Shown: in pieces, positions 16,226 to 22,628 of the stretch
How the letters are laid out: each line of letters starts with the position of its first letter
Numbering within the stretch: the stretch's first letter is position 1
From: a virus
Taxonomy: Duplodnaviria; Caudoviricetes
Direction: 5' to 3' (one strand)
DNA: 28,787 nt
IMG/VR virus record: IMGVR_UViG_3300017748_000085
Span: 1 to 28,787 of that record
Made by a program: the position numbers and the translations under genes
Notes under the pieces: generated by a model
The model's database searches: none
Told to the model about the DNA's origin: nothing
What the model saw: only the letters and a program-made list of their open reading frames with translations

Positions 16226-17700
16226 CGTAGGTCGCCCGGCTTAAACGCCACACGCGGCGCTTTCTCGGCGTCTAGTGTGTGTTTAAACGCTCCGCGTGCA
16301 GTCCGCACAACCTCGGAGCCTTCCCAGCGGGTATTGATTGCCCAGTATCGCAGCGCGTCGCAGGCGTGGTCGTTAACTCCGTCTTTCCTCGGCACATCCT
16401 TCGAGCCACCTTGCCAACTGTAACCCGTGATAGACTTTGCAAAGCTACGCCCGCCGGCTTGCGTGCCGTAGTTCCAGAGGTCATGAGAGCATAAGAGTCG
16501 ACGCTCGCCCGAGTTGTTTTGTATCAGCCGCCAGAGTAGTCGAATGCCCGCGTTAACGTCTACCCTTCCCGGCTCGTCAGTAAACCGCACTTTAAGCCCG
16601 AGCCCGCCGACGTCCGGCGCGGTTAGCACGTCGCTCATGGCACTAGTCATATTCGCATCGTCTCGCATGTTACGCCCGGCGCGGTCGCCATAGGCGGCTT
16701 GTACTGGTATCGTTCCGAGCGGCTGGTCGTGCTTTCGGTAGCTTGGATGGATGCCGGGAATGTTAAATGTCGGATACCCTTTGCGCAGTAGAGCACACAA
16801 GTCGAAGACGCTGGCGCGGTCGGGGTTCGCCTCGCTCCATATCACGTCGGCACCATGCTCGCCTATGCGGGGGTCGTGGCTTATGACTAAGGCAGAGGGT
16901 GAACGTACACCGAAGTCCATTGTGACCATGGTACGCATCCACGGTTCGGGCTTCCAATCGGGCGGGGTTATGTTGCCTGACGGGTAGGGGTCCGGGCTCC
17001 ACATGTCGAAGACCGCGCCGATAGGGGCTTGCGGAATGCAGTACAGGTTTTCCAAGACTTCGCGGTGTGACAGTGTAGCTTCCCAGGCGTCATAATTTGG
17101 AAGGTTCTTGCGGTTTGCTTTACTTGGACACGAAAACCCGACGCCGCCACGGTCATCGGCGAACTTGGTCCACCATGGCGAGTAAGTAGGTTTGCCGAGC
17201 AGAGCGATTCGCCCAGGGTTACCGGAACGGACACGTCCAGCCATAGCGGTGCCGACTTCGCTGTTTACGAGTTGCGCCTCGTCAAGAATAGCGAAACCAA
17301 GATCCGGTCCTTCTAACGAGTTAGCCGCCAACGCTTTACCGGCGGGACGCTTCCACGATAGCGCCCAGACGATGGTTTGCTTTCCGTGTCGCTCCGGGCT
17401 TATCCAGTGTGGCGACGGTTGACCCTTGTAGGCGTTTCGATACTGCCACCCGAGCGGCTCTAGCAACTCGGCAAGCTCACGCGCGACGGTTCGAGCGCCT
17501 CGACCCATTGAGTCGGTGACGTAGCAACCATTAATCCCGGGGTCGTCGTGGTGGCTTGCATGGCACAGCATAGCGACGAGTCGAGTCTTTCCGACACCCC
17601 AGCCGCCGACCATCGATACGATCGGGTATTTTTTAGACCACCAGAGCGCGAGAAACTTCGTTTGTGCCGCGTTTGGGTTCCATTGCTCTAGTATATCCAT
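16222..17700 (-). CDS. terL: Terminase large subunit
   Basis: Walker A GGWGVGKT, Walker B FAILDEA, RNase H-like nuclease motifs TMDFG and NDHACDALRY. Confidence 0.93.
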   Translation of the reverse strand: MDILEQWNPNAAQTKFLALWWSKKYPIVSMVGGWGVGKTRLVAMLCHASHHDDPGINGCYVTDSMGRGARTVARELAELLEPLGWQYRNAYKGQPSPHWISPERHGKQTIVWALSWKRPAGKALAANSLEGPDLGFAILDEAQLVNSEVGTAMAGRVRSGNPGRIALLGKPTYSPWWTKFADDRGGVGFSCPSKANRKNLPNYDAWEATLSHREVLENLYCIPQAPIGAVFDMWSPDPYPSGNITPPDWKPEPWMRTMVTMDFGVRSPSALVISHDPRIGEHGADVIWSEANPDRASVFDLCALLRKGYPTFNIPGIHPSYRKHDQPLGTIPVQAAYGDRAGRNMRDDANMTSAMSDVLTAPDVGGLGLKVRFTDEPGRVDVNAGIRLLWRLIQNNSGERRLLCSHDLWNYGTQAGGRSFAKSITGYSWQGGSKDVPRKDGVNDHACDALRYWAINTRWEGSEVVRTARGAFKHTLDAEKAPRVAFKPGDLR

Positions 17701-18378
17701 CTATTCGATTTCTTCCCGCACTGATGCCATTAAATCGACGTTGACGGCTTCGGCTAGCTCTTCGCGTATCTTGTCGGCTAAGAACTCCGCGACCTTTGGC
17801 GCTTCGTCGGTCGTATTGCGTGCGTCGATGTTAATCATGGGCGTTCCGCCGTTTAGATTGTTGTCAGCCAGACGCCACCAGTCAGTAAGAGCCTTGACCC
17901 TTACGGCGTGCGGCACGTCTTCACTCGTTGCCATTTTGAGCATCGAAGTTAGCGCCATGATTCTCGGCTTGGCGTGCGCCTTGCGAATATCGAGATCACG
18001 AATGAACCGAGCGACCTGCTCGTCATTGGCTCCGCTATAATCTTGAGCCCAGGCAAGACCGCCGACGCCGACAGCCTGAAGGAACTTGCCGCGAGCTTCG
18101 GTTGAATCTAGGTCGCCGCTTGATTTGGATTCGAGGACTTTTGTTTGTTGCACGTCCACCGGCTTTTGATACTCGACAACCGCGACAGGTTTAGCAGCCG
18201 CGCCGGTGGTCCTGTTTGCGTGGAATAGCGCGAACTCGGTCGTTCTCCGCCACCGTGAGAGCGTGCCGCGATTGATGCCGAGTTCCTTCTCTAGTTGCGG
18301 AATGCTCCAGCCGTCAGACAATAGCTCGAAGGCTCGTTTTTTTTCTTCGGGGGTTGCAGACCGTTTACGTGTTTTCAT
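17701..18378 (-). CDS. terS: Putative terminase small subunit
   Basis: N-terminal HTH (SIPQLEKELGINRGTLSRW) and helical core; directly abuts the terL start. Confidence 0.72.
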   Translation of the reverse strand: MKTRKRSATPEEKKRAFELLSDGWSIPQLEKELGINRGTLSRWRRTTEFALFHANRTTGAAAKPVAVVEYQKPVDVQQTKVLESKSSGDLDSTEARGKFLQAVGVGGLAWAQDYSGANDEQVARFIRDLDIRKAHAKPRIMALTSMLKMATSEDVPHAVRVKALTDWWRLADNNLNGGTPMINIDARNTTDEAPKVAEFLADKIREELAEAVNVDLMASVREEIE

Positions 18379-18397
18379 GTTTCGCCCTCTGTTTTTA

Positions 18398-18448
18398 GGG
18401 GTTGCATCGGGGTTGCATTATGCTCATAATCGCCGCAACCGTGCAACC
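18398..18448. promoter_or_regulatory. Overlapping divergent promoters within a symmetric GGTTGCA/TGCAACC element
   Basis: Plus strand: TTGCAT(18402)-N17-CATAAT(18425). Minus strand: TTGCAC(18446-18441)-N18-CATAAT(18422-18417). Central dyad ATTATG-CT-CATAAT. Confidence 0.6.
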
Positions 18449-18464
18449 GTCACGAAGGGACACT

Positions 18465-20030
18465 ATGAAAAAGGTCAAACTTTCCGAACTAACGCCCGAC
18501 GATATCAATGCAAACAAAGGCACGCAGCGCGGCTCGGGTATGCTTGAGAAGTCGCTCCGAGAGTACGGCGCAGGGCGCTCGGTGCTCGTCGATAAGGCGG
18601 GGCGAATTATCGCAGGCAACAAGACAATCGAAGCCGCCGGCGCTATCGGTTTAGAGGATGCCGTGATGATTGAGACTGACGGGTCGCGCGTTGTCATCGT
18701 TAAGCGTACCGACCTGGACCTCGACAGCCCACAGGGTCGCGGCTTGGCAATTGCCGACAATCGAGTCGCCGAGGTTGGGCTCGAATGGGATATGGAGGCA
18801 CTAGAGAAAATCGGCGAAGAGTTAGACCTTGGTGAGTTTTGGTTCGATGACGAATTGCCCGAAATAGATTTCGGCAGCATCGACGGCGAAGAAGACGAGC
18901 CCGCAGGTGATGCAGACGCAGTGCCAGAAGTCGAAGCCGTACCGACAAGCAAGCGCGGTGATTTGTGGATACTTGGCGAGCATCGGGTATTGTGTGGCGA
19001 CTCTACCAGCGCCGAAGACGTGGCGCGACTTATGAATGGCGAGCGGGCGCAACTTCTACACGCAGACCCACCGTATGGCATGGGTAAAGAGGGCGAAGGC
19101 GTCGCAAACGATAACCTGTACCGCGAGAAACTAGACGCGTTCCAGATGCAATGGTGGGCGGCGTTTCGACCGCATCTTGAAGACAACGCAAGCGCGTACA
19201 TTTGGGGCAATGCCGAGGACTTGTGGCGGCTTTGGTATTCGGGCGGCTTGCGCGATTCGGAGCGGTTGACGTTCAGAAACGAGATTGTTTGGTCGAAAGG
19301 TTCAGCGGGTGCGGGCGGCATTAGTCATCTAGGTGCGGAAGGTTTGCGACTATATCCAAACGAGACAGAGCGCGCTTTGTTTTTCATGCTAGGCGAGCAA
19401 GGATTCAACAATAACGCCGACAACTATTGGGAGGGCTGGGAGCCGATACGGGTCTATTTGAAATCGGAGCTTGCGAAAGTGGGCGACATTAAATGGGCGA
19501 AACGCGCAGCGGGTCACAGCATAAAAAGCGGGTGCCATTGGTTCGATGCGTCACAATGGTCCATGCCCACAGAAAAGGTTTACAAGGCTTGGCAAGCCGA
19601 AGCGAAGGGCGACGCATTCAAGCGCGAGTACGACGACTTAAAGCGCGAGTTTTACGCGACCCGCGCGTTTTTCGACAATACGCACGACAACATGACCGAC
19701 GTTTGGCAATTCCCACGGGTGCAGGGCGAAGACCGACACGGGCACGCAACGCCAAAGCCCGTTGACATGATGCGCCGCGTTATGAAATCGAGCGCCGAGA
19801 GTGGCGGCTTAGTCGTCGAACCGTTCGGCGGTTCGGGCGCAACGCTTGCGGGCGCAGAGGCTACGGGGCGGCGATGCTTTACTATGGAACTATTGCCGCA
19901 ATGGGTAGACGTCATCGTCAAGCGATGGCAAGATTACACGGGCAAAGAAGCCACACACGAAGACGGGCGCACGTTTGCCCAGGTAGCCGAAGAAAGGGCA
20001 GACAGTGAAAAAGAAAGCACCAAAGAGTAA
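18465..20030 (+). CDS. ParB-like N-terminal domain fused to an N4/N6 DNA methyltransferase (beta-class motif order)
   Basis: Probable start ATG 18465 after AAGGGA. ParB-N pattern (SLREYG...IIAGN...IADNR), LGEHRVLCGDST, catalytic DPPY, HATPKP and SAM-binding EPFGGSG. Confidence 0.9.
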   Translation: MKKVKLSELTPDDINANKGTQRGSGMLEKSLREYGAGRSVLVDKAGRIIAGNKTIEAAGAIGLEDAVMIETDGSRVVIVKRTDLDLDSPQGRGLAIADNRVAEVGLEWDMEALEKIGEELDLGEFWFDDELPEIDFGSIDGEEDEPAGDADAVPEVEAVPTSKRGDLWILGEHRVLCGDSTSAEDVARLMNGERAQLLHADPPYGMGKEGEGVANDNLYREKLDAFQMQWWAAFRPHLEDNASAYIWGNAEDLWRLWYSGGLRDSERLTFRNEIVWSKGSAGAGGISHLGAEGLRLYPNETERALFFMLGEQGFNNNADNYWEGWEPIRVYLKSELAKVGDIKWAKRAAGHSIKSGCHWFDASQWSMPTEKVYKAWQAEAKGDAFKREYDDLKREFYATRAFFDNTHDNMTDVWQFPRVQGEDRHGHATPKPVDMMRRVMKSSAESGGLVVEPFGGSGATLAGAEATGRRCFTMELLPQWVDVIVKRWQDYTGKEATHEDGRTFAQVAEERADSEKESTKE

Positions 20031-20391
20031 ACCAATCGACACATGGCGCGACGTAAAGCTTCGACTACCCGCGAATTTTATCAAGGGACTTTCGGCGGTA
20101 CGCGACAAAGATGGCAATACGTATTCGCTACCCGTGGCGCGTGGTAATGCTATCATGAACCGGCTCGCGTATGCCCTAGAGGTAGCCGAGAGCCTAGCCC
20201 AAAAAATGCAGATGAGAGAGAAGCAGCTAGCGAAAGCGATGCAGCTAATACAAGAGTTCGAGAACAGGTTAAAAGAAAACGGAGTTGAATATGGCGACCT
20301 ACTCAAAGAAGAAGAAGTACGCGACGAAAGCGGAGCTAACGACGCAGATGGTAATGGTGACAGTGAGCCAGGCGACACTGGCGAAGATTGA
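20005..20391 (+). CDS. Hypothetical protein (coiled coil, acidic tail)
   Basis: 128 aa; GTG start overlaps the end of the methyltransferase gene. Confidence 0.6.
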   Translation: MKKKAPKSKPIDTWRDVKLRLPANFIKGLSAVRDKDGNTYSLPVARGNAIMNRLAYALEVAESLAQKMQMREKQLAKAMQLIQEFENRLKENGVEYGDLLKEEEVRDESGANDADGNGDSEPGDTGED

Positions 20392-20704
20392 CGCAATCGA
20401 ATCCAACGCATCCGGCAAACTTGCCGACGTGCGAGGGGCGAAGGTCGAGCAACTGTTCTCGCTTGCGGGTGCAGATGAAGACGCAAAGAAAGAAGTGCAG
20501 CGCCTACAGATACAGCTAGCGTCGACCACTAACAGAATGGTTGACCTAGCAGAGCAAGCCGACACCTTAGCGGCAAAATCGAGCGGCACCGAGGACGCAA
20601 TCGAGGGACTACAAGGCAAGCTCGCCACCGCTAAAGATTTGGCAGAGTCTCGAAATAAAATCATCCGAGCACTTATGACCATTGTCAACGAAGTGGGCTT
20701 TTGA
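20291..20704 (+). CDS. Hypothetical coiled-coil protein
   Basis: ATG 20291 follows AAACGGAG (20277-20284), the RBS used by several other genes here. It overlaps the upstream ORF by 101 bp. Confidence 0.62.
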   Translation: MATYSKKKKYATKAELTTQMVMVTVSQATLAKIDAIESNASGKLADVRGAKVEQLFSLAGADEDAKKEVQRLQIQLASTTNRMVDLAEQADTLAAKSSGTEDAIEGLQGKLATAKDLAESRNKIIRALMTIVNEVGF

Positions 20705-20710
20705 TATTGT
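20682..20710 (+). promoter_or_regulatory. Sigma70-like promoter of candidate sRNA1
   Basis: TTGTCA-N17-TATTGT with an extended -10 TG at 20702-20703. Confidence 0.6.
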
Positions 20711-20716
20711 TTGAGA

Positions 20717-20878
20717 GTATCGAAGCGCGATTTGGCACTTTCATATTGCCGGTGATTTTTCTTAAGTCGCGGTACAAAGGTCGGGAGTCGGTCTGCAAAC
20801 TTGTCTCCTTGGTTTTCGCCTTGTCTCAGTGGGCGCATGAAGGGCTTAGGCTTACGCTTGAGCCCTTCTTGTTTTTCT
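20717..20878 (+). ncRNA. Candidate ~160-nt structured small RNA (sRNA1)
   Basis: Bounded by a promoter and an intrinsic terminator, with no credible plus-strand ORF. Stem CGCGATTT(20726)/AAGTCGCG(20764) encloses the hairpin GGCA-CTTTCATAT-TGCC. Ends are approximate. Confidence 0.45.
20839..20878 (+). terminator. Intrinsic terminator
   Basis: 13-bp stem GAAGGGCTTAGGC-TTAC-GCTTGAGCCCTTC (two G-U pairs, which form only in the plus-strand RNA), followed by TTGTTTTTCT. Confidence 0.8.
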
Positions 20879-20886
20879 GATGTCAG

Positions 20887-20915
20887 TTGCCAGCGGGGCT
20901 AAGTTTAAGTAATAT
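20887..20915 (+). promoter_or_regulatory. Sigma70-like promoter of candidate sRNA2
   Basis: TTGCCA-N17-TAATAT immediately after the first terminator. Confidence 0.6.
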
Positions 20916-20921
20916 CCACGA

Positions 20922-20991
20922 ACCGGAAATTCGTTTCGGTAGATTTGGAGTCCGAAACCCGCAGGCTTAACCGCTTGCGGGTTTTGTTTTT
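20922..20991 (+). ncRNA. Candidate ~70-nt two-hairpin small RNA (sRNA2)
   Basis: 5' hairpin ACCGGAAA-TTCG-TTTCGGT, a short single-stranded linker AGATTTGGAGTCC, then the terminator hairpin. Confidence 0.45.
20955..20991 (+). terminator. Intrinsic terminator
   Basis: AAACCCGCAGGC-TTAACC-GCTTGCGGGTTT followed by TGTTTTT. Confidence 0.8.
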
Positions 20992-21000
20992 ATACCACCA

Positions 21001-21089
21001 TTGACGACATCGTGTGCGGCATGTAGTACAATAGGCGCGGGCGTGCGCGATTTTCTTACATTGTGCGCAAATTGCTAACCGGATAAAAT
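21001..21089 (+). promoter_or_regulatory. Probable promoter region of the head operon
   Basis: TTGACG at 21001 with TACAAT at 21027 (non-canonical spacing), and TTGTGC-N17-TAAAAT at 21061-21089. Which is used cannot be determined from sequence. Confidence 0.4.
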
Positions 21090-21098
21090 AGGGGCAAT

Positions 21099-22628
21099 AT
21101 GTCAACACTCTACACCATATCAAAAGACCGAGCCGCCGAGTTTCTGGAGTTGCCCGAAGAATTGCCCAGCGTGCCCGCAGGCTACAGCGGCACACGTATC
21201 ACAGGCGGCAAGCTTGGACACGAGTACGAGCATAATATCGAGTTTCGAGCACCACGACGCCGAGCCTTGATGATTGGGCGCATGTTGCGCACGTCTGCGA
21301 TTTTAAGCCTAGCCGAAGAGTATCTTTGCGGGCTTGTTACCAAGTGCAAACTATCAGTAAAGCGCAACGAGAACACGAGCCCAGAAGCAGCCGAAGCAAT
21401 GGAGCGATGGCTCGGTCTTGGTAAGTACGAAGACGCCGGCGGGCGTATGGGCGACATGACGACCGACGATTTACTCCGGCACTTGATGAGCGCTCGAACC
21501 TTTGGGCACGTCGCAATGTCTGAGGCTTACGAGTACGACGAAGACGATGGTCTTTACTACATTAGCCTACACCGACGCCGACAAGAGTCATATGATGCCT
21601 ATGTTACAGAAGAGAACACCGAGCAGTTACTCGGCGTTGTGCAGCGTTACGGATACATCGCCGGGCAAGTGGCTTCGAGAGTGCTGCCGATGCGCGAAAC
21701 ACTCTGGCTCGTTAACCGTCCTGATCTTGGGTGGTTCTCGGGGCGTTCGGTCTTTCGTGCCTGTTATGGGCACTGGAGAAGCGCCGAGCTACGTTACCGG
21801 CTCGAAGACTTAGCCGCCAACAAGTACGCAGACCCACCGCAACAGGGCAAGCTACTACTCGACAGGTTTTCACAGTTCGCAAACGGTGCAGATGGCGCAC
21901 CACCGAACCGGCTCGACTTCGTAAACGAAATCGGCGACATGGCGAGCAAGTTGAGCAACTTACACAGCGAAGAGAACGGGCACCTATTGCACCCGGATTG
22001 GTGGGATTTCTCACCACGAGCCACACAGCACACTTACAACCCCGCGCCACTACTAGAATCAGCGGACCACCACCAGCGAGCAATGGCGGAACGTCTTTAC
22101 ATCGCATGGGTTACGCAAGGGCGGTCGGGCACATCGGGCAGCCGCTCAATGGTAGACGTGCAGAGCCGAGTAATTGAAGACGCAACCATCGACGCGCTGC
22201 AATGGATTTGCAACGCTCTAAACCGTCAAACCGTTGCGCGTTTTATGAAGGCGAATTTCTCACAGCTAGACCGCAGCGAATGGCCGCGTGTTAGCTTCGA
22301 GCGTGGTGCCGTCGTCACTCCGTGGTGGCAGACAAACGCGGCAGCCTTCGCGCAGTTTGTGAGCCAAGGCATCGTAACCGTTTCGCCTGAAGATGAGCGG
22401 GCAGTCCGTGCGGCTTCCGACCTACCGGAGCCACCAGAAGACACGCCGACACAAGACGACAGAATCGCAGTGCAGGCAGGCGGGCGACTAAAGACCGCGC
22501 AAGGGCAACGAGAAGCAGCGCAACCGGGCAAGAGCGCCGCAACCGCGAATCCATTCGTCAAGCGTTTAGTTGACGAGGACGACGACCAAGAGCCGGAGCA
22601 AGAGCCAGAGGCGGAGGAGCAAGACTAA
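21099..22628 (+). CDS. Portal protein (DUF935 / Mu gp29-like)
   Basis: 509 aa, first gene of the head operon. Patterns ARTFGHVAMSE, WFSGRSVFRACY and WPRVSF...EDERAVRAASDLP; acidic tail. Confidence 0.78.
   Translation: MSTLYTISKDRAAEFLELPEELPSVPAGYSGTRITGGKLGHEYEHNIEFRAPRRRALMIGRMLRTSAILSLAEEYLCGLVTKCKLSVKRNENTSPEAAEAMERWLGLGKYEDAGGRMGDMTTDDLLRHLMSARTFGHVAMSEAYEYDEDDGLYYISLHRRRQESYDAYVTEENTEQLLGVVQRYGYIAGQVASRVLPMRETLWLVNRPDLGWFSGRSVFRACYGHWRSAELRYRLEDLAANKYADPPQQGKLLLDRFSQFANGADGAPPNRLDFVNEIGDMASKLSNLHSEENGHLLHPDWWDFSPRATQHTYNPAPLLESADHHQRAMAERLYIAWVTQGRSGTSGSRSMVDVQSRVIEDATIDALQWICNALNRQTVARFMKANFSQLDRSEWPRVSFERGAVVTPWWQTNAAAFAQFVSQGIVTVSPEDERAVRAASDLPEPPEDTPTQDDRIAVQAGGRLKTAQGQREAAQPGKSAATANPFVKRLVDEDDDQEPEQEPEAEEQD

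Noticed and set aside
18465-20030. Restriction-modification system or partition locus
   Set aside because: No cognate endonuclease or ParA is adjacent. ParB-N methyltransferase fusions are common orphan genes near terminases.
20270-20391. Programmed -1 frameshift joining ORFs 20005 and 20291 (tail-chaperone style)
   Set aside because: The downstream ORF is in the +1 frame, has its own RBS, and is not next to the tape measure gene.
20717-20991. tRNA, tmRNA or phi29-type pRNA
   Set aside because: No cloverleaf or T-loop consensus was seen. The phage has a TerS/TerL motor, which is not known to use pRNA. Retained only as unclassified sRNA candidates.
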